Origin: Stegostoma tigrinum
Taxonomy: Eukaryota
DNA: 64,000 bases
Direction: 5' to 3'
Assembly (NCBI RefSeq): GCF_030684315.1
Contig: NC_081380.1
Coordinates: 44,294,771-44,358,770 of the forward strand
This document shows positions 1 to 12,941 of the stretch, piece after piece. The notes beneath the pieces were generated by a model that searched no databases, was not told where the DNA came from, and saw only the letters and a list, made by a program, of their open reading frames with translations. The stretch's first letter is position 1, and each line of letters begins with the position of its first letter. The translations under genes were made by a program, and so were the position numbers.

Positions 1-180
1 GTACCTCAAGAGAGTTGTGGATTGTATCATTGAATAGAATCAATACTGAAATTGACATAGTTTTGATCTCCCAAGGGATCAAGGATATGGGGATCAGGCA
101 AGAGAGGAGTTGAGGCAGAAGATCACACTGAATAATACAGCAGGCTGCACAGGCTGTATGGCTCAAACTTCTTATATTCA
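1..180 (+). mobile_element. CR1-type LINE 3' end remnant
   Basis: Resembles the end of ORF2 and 3' UTR (aagggatcaaggatatgggg...agcaggctg...ggctc) of other CR1 copies in the window; decayed. Confidence 0.55.
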
Positions 181-934
181 CATTCTCCCATTTCCTCTAT
201 TTCACTGATACGTTAGGTTCCTGGAGTTAACATTAGGGGAGTGTAACATCTCTGGACTCTTGTCAACTCAGCAACCTGACAATTCTGTCCTACGGACACT
301 TTCGACAATTTCCAGCCCTCCTATTTGTTTTACATAGAGCTTTCCCAGTGCTTTCCCTCCAAGTTCAAAGTATTCCAAATATAACTCATTGGCCAAGACG
401 ATTGTTGGACTCCATCAATCAGCTACTATCTTTATTTATGGGCTATATAAAAAAAAATCTCCAGAATTCAAAATCCATTTGGAGCAAAAAAAATTCTTCG
501 TGCTTTTGAAGACAAGAACAGCTTTAAATAATGAGTGCTTCATTGCCTTTGATTTTTCCGATAGATTTAAATTATTGTTCCTTTAGGTCATCTGTGTGGG
601 GCAGCATCTTTTTAAAGCCCCGCCAAGTCCCTGAAGGAAAACAGAACATTTATTGGTGATGATGATGCAACATTTATACAAGGGTTGCTTGAGAATTTTT
701 CTCATTTATTTAGATCATTTCTGTTTGGCCTAGATTGACAAAGTAAGAGGTCAAATAAGTAAGCTGTTGGCCGTTTCCTCAAGGTTGGAGCCCAAGGTTT
801 GAAGTTCTATACCCGAGAGCCAGTGACTGCCCTTCATCTTCACCCTTAACTAGACAGCTGAATTTCTATCGTGCAGTTATATATCTTGTGTGTTGTGAGT
901 ACAACCAACTGCATAGCTTTGGCACAAGCAGCAT

Positions 935-1150
935 CTTTGTGTGTGGCACCACTGGTCGCTAAACCCTCAGCTGTCAATTCTTAAACTTCAGAAATTTGTT
1001 CATAACATTATCTGCCCCTCTTCTTTTAATTCACTTGCTAAGACATCTTTGACTACCTGTCCTAATATCTCTTCATGAGGCTAGGTTTCAAATTGTTTTC
1101 TTGATAATGCTCCTTTCAATGTTAAAAGCTGTTTTGAAGTTATTGTTTTT
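935..1150 (+). mobile_element. Old L2-type LINE 3' tail
   Basis: cctgtcctaatatctc...aaattg...gataatgctcct...gttaaaagct motif, shared with 46230-46415 and 62480-62705. Confidence 0.45.
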
Positions 1151-1924
1151 CCAAGGAATGGATAGCAAGTTGGTTCTTATGTTATGAATGGCATACAACT
1201 TTGCAAAATGACCACCAAACTTTGGTCTTAACTGAGGATATTATTACATCCTTTACCTGAAGTCTCATGTTCTCAAAAGTGCAACAAAAATAATAAAATG
1301 GGCAAGAATGAGACAGTATAAATTTTTACCAATTCACCCTAAAAAAAAGTGGACATTCCCAAGCACATCATTGGCATTGAAAGATGGAGCTGTGTTTGCA
1401 TTTCCGTACGTACTTATCTCTCTCCCTCTTTACTGACAGTGATTAGTAATCAATGTGGAAAAAAGAAGGATCTCACAGACCTCAACTGCAGGAGTTATGT
1501 TCATCCCCTGTCAATTATGCAGGTTCTATCATGGCCAGACTGAGTCCACATGGAATGTTTTACCAGCCAAATACACTTTAAATAATAATCATCTGAAAGA
1601 TGTACAGTATCAACTTCCAAGACTGTGATGAGGACATTATGAGAATTAGCAGCTATCTAATCCATTCTCATTGCAAACTTAACTTGGTAGCCTTGGACCT
1701 TCAAATTGCCCTTCTGTATCCTACGGTTTTGATTAAACCCTACTTAAAGGGGCAATGTACAAATCTTTCAGGATAAAACAAGGATCTATCACAATACTGT
1801 TAATGATATCAGGAGTTACAATTTATATTTAATAATCTGTTTTGAAATAAATTATCAAGATAAGAACACAAGATAGGGTTAGGTGAAGTCTTCAGAGAAG
1901 CAGAAAGACCAGTGGTATAACATA

Positions 1925-2170
1925 GCCGGTCATTTTAATACAGCATCCCGCTCGGACACCATTCTCACACTCTGACCACTCAATCTGAACTATCAACATC
2001 TTTTCTCCATTAGCACCCTACTCCCACCAACCACGCCCCCCCAAACTACAGCATAAATGCTATCCCCTCCACACTTCACTTCAGCTCTGACGCACAGTCA
2101 TCTAGATTGGTAATGTTAGCTTGCTCTCTCTCCATGGATGCTTTCTGATCTCCAGCATCTGTTTTCAGTG
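1925..2170 (+). mobile_element. Old Penelope-like pLTR remnant (family B) with degenerate hammerhead motif
   Basis: C-rich tract, then agctctgacg..agtcatctagatt..aatgttagct and a ctctctccatggatgct...ctccagcatct tail like 50563-50692. Confidence 0.55.
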
Positions 2171-4120
2171 GTACACCTGAGATGGAGTCAGGGTACAAAC
2201 AAGGATGAGATTTTTATGTTTGATACTTATGTAGGAGTAAAATAAAAGCAAGGATCCATTTCTCATTCAGTTAAATTTAGTTAAGATTACAGTCATACAG
2301 CTATACACACAGAAACAGACCCTTCGGTCCAACTTGTCCATGCCAATCAGATGTCCGAAACTGATCTATTTATTTTCCAGCATTTGGCCCATATCACTCT
2401 AAACCCTTCCTATCCATGCACCCATCGAGATGCCTTTTAAATGATGTAATTGCACCCACATCCACCATTTCCTCTGGCATCTTGTTCCATAACATACCAC
2501 TGTCTGCGTGAAAACATTGCCTCTTAGGTCCCTTTTAAAAACCCCTCATCTTAAGCCTATGCCTCCTAGTTTTGCATTGCCCACCCCGGGAAAAAGACAA
2601 CCCTAGCCTAGCCAATCATCACCTTCATGATTTTATAAACCTCTGTAAGGTGATTCTTCAGCCTCCAACGTGCCAGGGAAAACAGACCCAGCCTATTCAG
2701 CCTCTCTCTTTCTCAAATCCTCCAATCCTGGCAGCATCCTTGTAAAACTTTTCTGAGCCCTTTCAAGTTTCACAATGTCCTTCCGCGAAAAAGGAGACCA
2801 GAATTGAATGCAATATTCCAAGAGTGGTTTATCCAGTGTCCTGTACAGCCGCAACGTCACATTCCAGCTCTTACACTCAATGCACTGACCAATGAAGGGA
2901 GGCATGCCAAATGCCTTCTTCACCACCCTGTCTACCTGCGACTCCACTTTCAAAGAACTATGCACCTGCACCCATGGGTCCCCAGGACCCTATCATTAAC
3001 GATATAAGCCTTGCCCTGATTTACCTTATCAAAATGCAATACCTCACATTTATCTAAATTAAACTTCTGCCAATCCTCGGGCTATCGGCCCATCTGATCA
3101 AGGTCCTGTTGTACTCTGAAGTAATCTTTTCACTGTCCACTACACTACCAGTTTTGGTGTCATCTGCAAACTTGCTAACCATACCTCCTATATAAAATAT
3201 ATAAATAAATAAATGTGAAAAGCAGTGGACACAGCACCAATCCTTGCGGCACAACACTGGTCACAGACATCCAGTCTAAAAAGGAACCTTCCGTCACCTC
3301 CCTCTGTCTTTTACCTTCAAGCCAATTTTGTAACCAATTGGCTAGCTCCTCCTGGGTTCCATGTGATCTAACCTTACTAACCAGTCAACCACATGGAACC
3401 TTGTTGAACACCTTGCTGAAGTCCATACAAATAGCATTCACTGATCTTGCTTTCATCAATTTTCTTTGTCACTTCTCAATCAAGTTAGCAAGACATGATT
3501 TCCCATGCACAAGGCCATGTTGACTATCCCTAATCAGTCCTTGCCTTTCCAAATGCATGTGAATCATGTCCATCAGAATCTCCTCTAACAACTTACCCAA
3601 TATGATGTCAGAATCACTGGTCTGTAGTTCCCTGGTTTCTCCTTACCACCTGTCTTAAATAATGAAACCACATTAGCCAACCTCCAGTCTTTTGGCACCT
3701 CACACGCAGCTATCGATGAAACAAATATCTCAGGAAGAGGCCCAACAATCTCGTCCCTAGCTTCCCACAAAATTCTGAAAAACACCTGATCAGGTCTTGG
3801 GGATTTACACACCTTTATGCATTTTAGGATGTCCAGCATCTCCTCTTCTGTAATATGGATTCTTCTCAAGATATCACTATTTACTTCCCAAAGTCCTCTA
3901 GCTTCCATATCCTCCACAGTAAAAACTAACCTGAAATATTTGTTTACTATCTTACCCATCTCCTGTGGTTCCACACACAGGCAGCCTTGTTGATCTTTAA
4001 GGGGGCCTAATTTCTCCCGAGTTACTCTTTATTCCTCAATGTAATTGCAGAAACTCTTTGGATTCTCCTTAACCCTATTTGTGAAAGATACCTCATGTCC
4101 TGTTTATGCTCTTCTGATTT

Positions 4121-5250
4121 CATAGAACATAGAACATAGAAAATAGAAACTTACAGCACAGTACAGGCACTTCGGCCCTCGATGTTGTGCCAACCGGTCA
4201 TACCGATCTGAAGCCCATCTAACCTACACTATTCCATGTGCGTCCATATGCTTGTCCGATGACGACTTAAACGTACCTAAAATTGGCAAATCTACTACCA
4301 TTGCAGGCAAAGCGTTCCATTCCCTTACTACTCTCTGAGTAAAGAAACTACCTCTGACATCTGTCCTATATCTTTCACCCCTCAATTTAAAGCTCTTCCC
4401 CCTTGTGCTTGCCGTCACCATCCGAGGAAAAAGGCTGTCCCTATCCACCCTATCTAACCCTCTGATTATTTTATTTGTTTCTATTAAGTCACCTCTCAAC
4501 CTTCTTCTCTCTAATGAAAACAGCCTCAAGTCCCTCAGCCTTTCCTCGTAAGACCTTCCCTCCATACCAGGCAACATCCTAGTAAATCTCCTCTGCACCC
4601 TTTCCAAAGCTTCCACATCCTTCTTATAATGCGGTGACCAGAACTGTACACAATACTCCAAGTGCGGCCGCACAGAGTTTTGTACAGCTTCACCATAACC
4701 TCTTGGTTCCGGAACTCGATTCCTCTATTAATAAAAGCTAATACACTGTATGCCTTCTTAACAGCCCTGTCAACCTGGGTGGCAACTTTCAAGGATCTGT
4801 GTACATAGACACTGAGATCTCTCTGCTCATCTACACTACTAAAAATCTTACCATTAGCCCAGTACTTTGCTTTCCTGTTACTCCTACCAAAGTGCATCAC
4901 CTCACACTTGTCTGCATTAAACTCCATTTGCCACCTCACAGCCCAGCTCGGCAGCTTATCTATGTCTCTCTGCAACCTACAGCATCCTTCGTCACTATCC
5001 ATAACTCCACTGACCTTTACTAACTACAAATATACTAACCCATTCTTCTACGCCCTCATCCAGGTCATTTATAAAAATGACAAACAGCAGAGGACCCAAC
5101 ACCGACCCTTGCGGTACACCACTAGTAACTGGTCTCCAGGATGAACATTTCCCATCAACTAACACCTTCTGTCTTCTTTCAGCAAGCCAATTTCCGATCC
5201 AAACTGCAATATCTCCCACAATTCCTTTCCTCCGCATTTTGTACAATAAA
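4121..5250 (-). mobile_element. Younger 5'-truncated CR1 LINE nested in the older CR1
   Basis: (CATAGAA)n tail at 4121-4147; RT pieces [58 protein letters not shown] with few frameshifts. Confidence 0.92.
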
Positions 5251-5618
5251 AATATAAATTTCCCTCTTAAATATAGTCCCACTGCCCTTATACTCGTCTA
5301 GGGATTCACTCAATCTCTGTTGTCTACACCTGACATATGCTTTCTTCTTTTTCTTGAACACAGCCTCAATTTCTGCAGCCATCCAGCATTTCGTTACACC
5401 TGCCAGCTTTGACCTTCACACTAACAGGAACATACTATCTCTCAACTCTCATTATTACATTTTTAAAAGCCTCCCACTTTCCAACTGTCCCTTTACCTAC
5501 AATTAGCTTTTCCCAATCAACTTTTAAACGATTTTGCCTAAGGCCGTCAAAATTGGCCTTACTCTAATTTAGGACTTCAACTTTTAAATCAGGTCTATCC
5601 TTTTCCATAACTACTGTA

Positions 5619-6564
5619 TGTTACGAAGTTGGGTAGAGTATTCATGAATTGTCAGAATTTGTTGGTAAAAATGATCACGGGGAAAAGAGTGCCATGGACC
5701 CCATAAGAGCTTGTGCTTTGTCTGTGCTTGCAAGTTTATAAATGCAGGTGCACAGAGAGTGCCCGAATAGAAACATTTTGTATAGAACAGCCAAGTGGCA
5801 GTTTTTCCAAGTCAACAAGTTTGAATTTGGTCAATTAATTTAAATGATGCACCTAGATACAGAAATCCAATTGAATTTAAATCTGATGATGTTGACAACC
5901 TGAAACCAATCATATTAAAAGAATTTGATTGTTTCATTATGGGTATAAAAGGCAAGAGCATCTGGAAAATCAGAGAGAGCCAACTGCCATCTGAAAGCGA
6001 GAGCCATCCGCGACCTGCCAGAGATAGCACCACTCAGCTCTCAGGGAAAGCCCATCTAATTAATTAAAGATACTACTGTATTTTAGCTCAAAGTCCTCAA
6101 TGAAGAAATTACAGAGATGAAACATCCCTGACAGCAGAATTAGCGGAAGAAAGGTGTTTGTGAAGAGACCAGTGACGACAAAATATTCCAGAAGACAGTC
6201 TGTGCAAAACTTGGAGAGATTAAGTTATAATTTATTGCTTTTTATTAATTGGGATTATACTTGTGGGACTTAGAATTTAGACCAGTTAGGGAGTACTTAG
6301 TAGTCTAAGGTGGAATTGTTAGTTTGTTAGTAATTTTGTTAATTTGTTCATTGTTGGGTTAAATAAATAAATTGTTTCTTGTTACTTGATCAGAGATTTT
6401 CTTTCTTTTAATCACTCCTTTAATAGATTATGAGGGGAAAGACAAGCATCTTTGGGGTTTTCGGGGGTAATTATTAGAGGGAAACCCGTAAGCATGTCAT
6501 AATAGATTGGGGCTTGTGTTTTTGATTAATTATTGGAGATGTTCGGCTATTTCCCTTTGTAACA
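5619..6564 (+). mobile_element. Solo LTR (946 bp)
   Basis: TG...CA ends with inverted termini tgttacgaag / ctttgtaaca; flanks tgta / ttta (4-bp TSD, 1 mismatch); TATAAAA at ~5944 and AATAAA at ~6362; host CR1 resumes on both sides. Confidence 0.75.
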
Positions 6565-7775
6565 TTTAAAATTAATAGAATTATGATCATTGGTCTCAAA
6601 GTGCTCCTCCACTGACACCTCAGTCACTTGTTCTGCCTTATTTCCTGAGTTAAGGTCAAGTTTTGTTCCTTCTCTAGTTGGTATACCAGCGTACTGAATA
6701 AGAAAATTTTCTTTCTACACACTTAACAAACATCGCTTTAACTAAGCCCCTAACACTGACAGTCCCAGTCTATGCTTAGAAAGTAAAAATCCTCTACCAT
6801 TACAACACTATTATTCTTTCATATATCTGAGATCTCCCTGTATTTTTGCTTCTCAATTTCCCACTGACTATTGGGAGGCCAACAGTACAATCCCAATTAG
6901 GTGATTATCCCTTTCCAATTTCTCAGTTCCACCCATATAACTTCACTGGAAGTTCTCCCAGGATGATTGTCCCTAAGTGTCACCATGATGTTATCCTTAA
7001 TCAAAAATGCCTTCCCCCTTCTCTCTTGTCCCTTTTTCACCCTACCTATAGCATCTATCCCCTCAATTAGTGAGGTGCCAGTCCTGCCTCTCCCTGAGTC
7101 ATGTTTCTGTAATAGCTTTGATTTCTCAGTCCCATGCTCCCAGATATGCCCTGAGTTCAGCTTCCTTATTTGTGAGACTTCTTGCATTGAAATAAATGCA
7201 GTTTAATTTATGAGTCTTGCTTCATTCTCTGCCTTGCTTTTAACTGCCTTGACAATTTAACTCGTTCCTCTTCTCTTCTGTACCAGCCTCAGACTTATTA
7301 TCTCTTTGGGCCACCCCTCCATTTATTTACATTCTCCTGAGTAGCACCAGAAAAGCTCCACAACAGGATATCGGTCCCATTCCAATTTAGGTACAACCTG
7401 TCCTTTGGTCATTTCTACACCAGGAGAGACACGAATGATCCAAAAATGTGAATCTTTCCCCCCTGAACCAGCCACACATTGATCTTCCCTATCTTCTTAC
7501 TTCAACTCTCATTAACGCACGTCACTGGGAATTATCCAAACATTTGTACCCTTGATGGCCTACTTTATAACCTCCTGCCTAATTTCCTATATTCTCTCTG
7601 CAGAACCTCGTCCCTTTTCTGTTCCAATATCATTCGAACCAATGTGTACAATGACCTTCTGCTGGTCTCTCTCCCCTTTGAGAATATTCTGCAACCTCTC
7701 CAAAATGTCCTTGACCCTTGTACCAGGGAGGCAATACACCATTCTGATGTTACACCACAGAAATGTCTGTCATTC

Positions 7776-7900
7776 TTGAAGCATTGGGACTGTTTCTGGG
7801 GAGGTGGGAACTGTGCAATTTGGATAGGTTACATCTGAACAGTAACGGAACCATCATCCTTATGGGCAGCTTAAAGCAGCAGGGGATTGGCATGAGAATG
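7776..7900 (+). mobile_element. CR1 ORF1 (SGNH esterase) fragment, opposite orientation to the adjacent CR1
   Basis: Across one frameshift reads LKHWDCFWG.WELCNLDRLHLNSNGT, resembling the esterase DxxHL motif region. Confidence 0.5.
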
Positions 7901-7979
7901 GAATCCTGAGAAATAGTTCAGAGCAAAGAGAACTGGAGATGAATTCCATAAAAAGAAGTTGCCTATTGTCAAAAAAACC

Positions 7980-10485
7980 TATCCTTCATGGAAGGACATC
8001 TGCCATTCTCACCTGGTCTGGCCTGCATCTGACTCCAGTCCACAGCAATACGGTTGACTTTCAATTGCCCCTTGAAATGGCATGGCAAGCCATTCAGTTG
8101 TATCAATCTCTACCAAGTTTCAACAATGGAATGAAACTAGACTGACCATCTGGCATCAACCTCGGCACCAGAAAATGAAACAGCTGAAACAGTCATGTCA
8201 ACCTGCAAAGTCCTCCTTACTAACATTGGGAGGCTAGTGCCAAAATTGAGAGGGCAGTCTCACAGACTAATCAAGTAACAGCTTGACACAGTCATATTCA
8301 TGGAACCATACCTTACAAGCACTGTACCAGACACCACCATCACCATCCCTGGAAATGTCCGGTCCCAATGGCAGGACAGGGCCAGCAGGAGTAGCAGCAC
8401 AGTGGTATACAGTGAGGAGGGGTGTTGCACTGGGAGTCCTCAATATTGACCCTGGGCCCCATGAAATCTCATGGCTTCAAGTTAAACATGGGCAAGGAAA
8501 GCTCCTGCTGATTACCACATACCATCCTCTCTCGGCTGATTATCAGTTCGCTCCCATGTTGGACAACACTTGCAGAAAGCATTGAGGGTAGTAAGGGCAC
8601 AAAATGTACTCTGGTGGAGAATTTCAATGCCCACCACTATCAATGGCTCAGTGGCACCAGTATTACTGATTGAACTGGTTGGATCCTAAAGGACATAGCT
8701 GCTAGACGGGGTCTGCAGCAGGTGGTGAAGTAACCAACAAGATGGAAAAACATACGTAACCTTATCCTTAACAATTTGTCAGCTGCAAATGCATCTGCCT
8801 ACGTCAGTATTGGCAAGAGTAGTCACTACACAGTCCTTGTGGAGATGAAGTCCTGCCTTCACATTGAGAACACATCGTATTGTGTGGCACTACTACCATG
8901 CTAAATGGGACAGACTTGGAACAGATTTAGCTACTCAAGACTGGGCATCCATGCCATCAACAGTAGCAGAACTGTACTGCAGCACAATCTGCAACTTCAT
9001 GACTCGGCATATTCCACTAAACAACCACCATCAAGCTAGGGGGTCAACTCTGATTCAATGGTGAGTGCAGGAGGGCATGCCAAGACCAGCGACCAAAAAT
9101 AAGCTGCCAACTTGGTGAAGCTACCAAACAGAACTATTAACATGCCAAACAGCATGAGTAACAAATGATAGACGGAGCTAAGTGATCCCACACCCAATGG
9201 GTTGGATCTAAACTCTGCAGCCCTGCCAATCGTAATGACGGTAGATAATTAAGCTACTCATTGGAGCGCAAGACGAGAGTGAAGTATTTGTAGCAATCTT
9301 CAGCTAGAAATGCTGAGCGGCGATCCATTTTGGCCTCCTCCAGTGGTCCCAGAATTCCAGATACCAGTCCTTGGTCAATTTGATTCACTCTATGTGACAT
9401 CAAGAAACAGTTGCAGGCACTAGATACTGCAAAGGCTATGGGCCCAGACAACATTCTGACAATAGTACTGAAGACTTGTAGTCCTGAACTTGCTGGTCCC
9501 CTAGCAAAGCTTTTCCAGTACAGTTACAACAGTGGCATCAACCTGAAAATTGCCTGCTTCATTAATGACATTTCTTCCATCTTAAAGTCAGAAGTGGGGA
9601 TGTCACTAATGATTACACAATGTTCAGCACCATTTGTGACTCCTCAGAAACTGAAGCAGTCCATGTTCAAATGCAGTAGATATGTAAAATATCTAGGCTT
9701 GGCCTACTATGTGGCAAACAACATTCACACCACATAAATGTAATGCAATGACCACCTCCAATAAGAGGCAATCTAACGACTGCGCCTTACATTCAAATGG
9801 TATTACCATCACTAAAACCCCCCACTCCAAATATCCTGAGGGTTATCATTGATCAGAAACTCAACTGGACTTGCCATAAAAACACAGTGGCTACAACAGG
9901 AGGTCAGGGGCTAGGAATACTGTGGCACGCAGCTCACTTCCTGACTTTCCAAAGCCTGTAAACTATCTACAAGGCACAAGTTACGAAGGTAATGGAATAC
10001 TCCCCACTTGCCTGGATGAGTGCAACTCCATTAACATTCAAGAAGCTTGACATCAACCAGGTAAAAGCAGCCTGCTTGATTGGTATGGCACCTACAGACA
10101 CCCACTTCCAACACCACTGGCAGTCAATAGCAGCAGTGCGTACTACCTATATGATGCACTGTGGAAATTAGCAATAGAATCTTAGACACTAACTACAAAC
10201 CCATGACCACTTCCATCTTGAACACTTATGAGAACTCCACCATCTTCAAGTACCTCTCCAAGCCACTCACCATCCTTACTCAGCAATACATCGCCATTCC
10301 TTCACAATCCCTGAGTTAAATTCCTGGGATTCCCGCCCTAAGGGCATAGTGAGTGAACCTACAACATGTGGACTGCAATGGTTTAAGAAGGCAACTCACC
10401 ACCACCTTCTCAAAAGCGACTAATTATGGGTAATAAATGTTGGCTGAGCCAGCGTCACCCACGTCTCACAAGTGAATAAAAAGAA
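7980..10485 (+). mobile_element. Decayed APE-RT LINE of a second family (clade unresolved), RT core deleted
   Basis: APE pieces (HEISWLQVKHGQGKLLLITTY, GxFNAHH), KAMGPDNILTIVLKTCSPELAGPLAKLFQYSY, IYKAQV..VMEYSPLAWM; tail gggtaataaatgttggc...gaataaaaag. Confidence 0.85.
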
Positions 10486-10524
10486 AATTACTTTGAGGAC
10501 TACTTTCATTCTTATTTATAAAAT

Positions 10525-10808
10525 CCCGAAAGCATGGAAACAGGCCCTTCAGCCCAACAAATCCACACAGACCCTGACCCATTCCCCTATAACCTATACA
10601 TCCCTTAACACTACAGGTAATTTAGCATGGCCAATCCACCTAGCCTGCACATCTTTGGATTGTGAGAGGAAACCATGCACCTGGAGGAAACCCACACAGA
10701 CACGGGAAGAATATGCACACTCCATACAGACAGTCACCTAAGGAGTAGAATTGAACCCAGGTCCCTGGTGCTGTGAGGTTGCAGTGCTAACCACTGAGCC
10801 ACCACTGA
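10525..10808 (-). mobile_element. HE1-type V-SINE
   Basis: tRNA-like head (rev. comp. gtggctcagtggttagcactgc..gggttcaattc), V-domain-like core, HER1-derived tail gaagggcctgtttcc. Confidence 0.85.
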
Positions 10809-11699
10809 CTACCTGGATGTGATGGTCAAAAGCTTCCTGGACTCATGGGGTGGTACCTTGCAAAGGAGTGTATACGTGTTGTGAAACACATTGTAAAGAA
10901 ATTTGGTGCTTCTCACGTATTCTTATTTCACCCATTCTGCACCTTCAGAGGTAAATGTTCACAATTAGAAGAACCCTTTGGGAGGAATGTCAAAGGGAGC
11001 TAAATGGGTAAGCTAATTGCTGAGACAAAAGCATGAGCAACGCAGGGTTAAAACCAACTTGAAAAAAAAGATCATAAGCCTATGAATTCCATTATGAGGC
11101 GCAAGATTTCAGAATGGAAAGCATGTGAGACACACAGATGGCTACTGTGTACTGTGTTGGAGGCAAAATATAACTGTAATGAGTTTAGTGCTGAGAATCA
11201 CAAGTCTGAGATAAGACTGTGTGATACTGTTTACGGAATCAATCCTGAGGATAATAAATTAGATGAGGATGATACTAATTAACCAGAATATACAGAGTTC
11301 ACATGGTAGTCACTTTCAATATTGAACATCAGCACTAAACATCTGACCAGCTGCCTGTACCACTTCCCATTCCTTCCCTGACCTCACTTGGCCAAACCTC
11401 CTCTAAAGCACCCCTCATTATAGTTTTGAACTTTAGTTGCTCTCTGGCTTTTCTCCTATCTTCCCTCTTGCCTCACTGAACTCATCATGTCATTGCGACC
11501 CTCCTCTGGCTTCTTCAAACTGTTTCCCAGTTTCCCTTTTAAGCTTCCCCATTAACAATATTTACTAATCAACCTGTTCACACACCTCCTCAGCTGGTAG
11601 GACCTTGAATCAAAATCCCTTAGGCCCTCAGCACCACCAATGTGTCACAAGAGCCCTAACTTCCATGTTGACTCATATGTTGATTAATGATTATCTTTA

Positions 11700-12175
11700 G
11701 GTGTTGTTTCCCATTCCTTCAAACACTGGGGAGACAAAACACAGACTGGGTGGCCACTTTGCAGAATACCTATGCGCTGTCTGTAAAAATGACGCCAAAC
11801 TTCCAGTTTCCTACCACCATGTTTCCAACACTTCTACCTTGGGCCTGTTGCAGTGTCACTGTGAGGCTCAGTGCAAACTATAAGAATAGTTTCTCATTTT
11901 CTGCTTGGAGAGCCTGCGGCCTTCAGGACTCAGTCCTAAGTCACACGACACCAGGTTATAGTCCAAAAGGTTTATTTGAAATCACAAGCTTTTGGAATGC
12001 TGCTTCACCTGATGAAGGAACAGTACTCTGAAAGCCTGTGTGACTTCTGACCTTATCAACCCTAATCCAACACTGGCACCTCCATATCCTTCAGGGCTCA
12101 GTATCGAATTCAATAACTTTTACATCCTGAGCACCACCTTCCATGTCCTTTACCCAACCCCACTCCCCAGGTCCA
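11700..12175 (+). mobile_element. Old Penelope-like GIY-YIG fragment, interrupted at 11935-12087
   Basis: TGETKHRLGGHFAEYL...LPVSYH...LGLLQC matches the EN C-terminus of the element at 28650-31294. Confidence 0.75.
11935..12087. mobile_element. Fold-back mini element, Penelope pLTR family C, with hammerhead-like core
   Basis: agtcacac...cacaagcttttgga / ctgatgaaggaacagtactctgaaagcctgtgtgact; flanked by ccttcaggactcagt (11920-11934) and ccttcagggctcagt (12088-12102). Confidence 0.7.
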
Positions 12176-12179
12176 CACG

Positions 12180-12256
12180 ACATGAAACAAAAACAGAAAT
12201 AGCTGGTGTCACTCAGCAGGTCTGGCAACGTCTGGGGGAAGAAAGAAGTGTTAAGA
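12180..12256 (-). mobile_element. Inverted Penelope pLTR fragment (family B-like)
   Basis: aacaaaaacagaaatagctgg..ctcagcaggtctggcaac is the reverse complement of the tail at 43868-43912. Confidence 0.5.
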
Positions 12257-12941
12257 GTGCGGGTGCATAGGTAAGTAGGGGTCAGGTAAGTGATGGAGTG
12301 TTCAGGGTGGATAAGGTGAGTGGGGTATTATCGGGTTTTGTGATTGGGGATTGTCAATTCCTGCAGTGGTATGAACTCTTGGCTCAGGAGAAAGGGTGTG
12401 TGTGTGGTTTGTTGTCAGAGACATAGGGTCGGCATTGGGCCCTGGATGTAGGGGCTATTGGTTCATGGGGAAGGGTGTCGAGACCTGGGGAAAAAATGTC
12501 AGTCCCAAGGGAATCCCAAGTCAGAATCTGGGGAGTGTAAAGAGTTGGGGAATGTGTTGTGAGATAGGGTTTTGTTAGTAAGTTAGAACACAAGATATAG
12601 TGGCAAAATTAGGCTATTCAGCTCATCGAATCTGCTGTGTCATTCGATCATGACCGATATATTTGTCAACTCCATTCTCCTGCCTTTATACTGCATCCCC
12701 TAATCCTCTTACCAATCCAGAACCTATCTATCTCTGTCTTAAATATGCTCAATGACTTGAGTTCCACACAATGAGTCCACAGACTAACCACACTCTGGCT
12801 GAAGGCATTCCTCTTCAACTCAGTTCTAGAGTCATGTGTTCACTCAGAGGCTATGCTCTCAGGTCCTCATCACTCCTATCGGTAGAAACATTTTCACCAC
12901 ATGCACTCTATCTAGGCCTCTCAGTATTCTGTAACTTTCAA

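Larger units (their letters stand above)
2288..7775 (-). mobile_element. Decayed near full-length CR1/HER1 LINE, interrupted by a younger CR1 and a solo LTR
   Basis: HER1-type 3' end at ~2290-2345 (gaaacagacccttcggtccaacttgtcc); minus-strand ORF2 pieces LYRTLDKPLLEYCIQFWSP, SKFADDTK, VPKDWRLANVVSLFK..KPGNYRPVIL; APE region near 6850-7190; ORF1-like sequence to ~7770. Confidence 0.9.
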
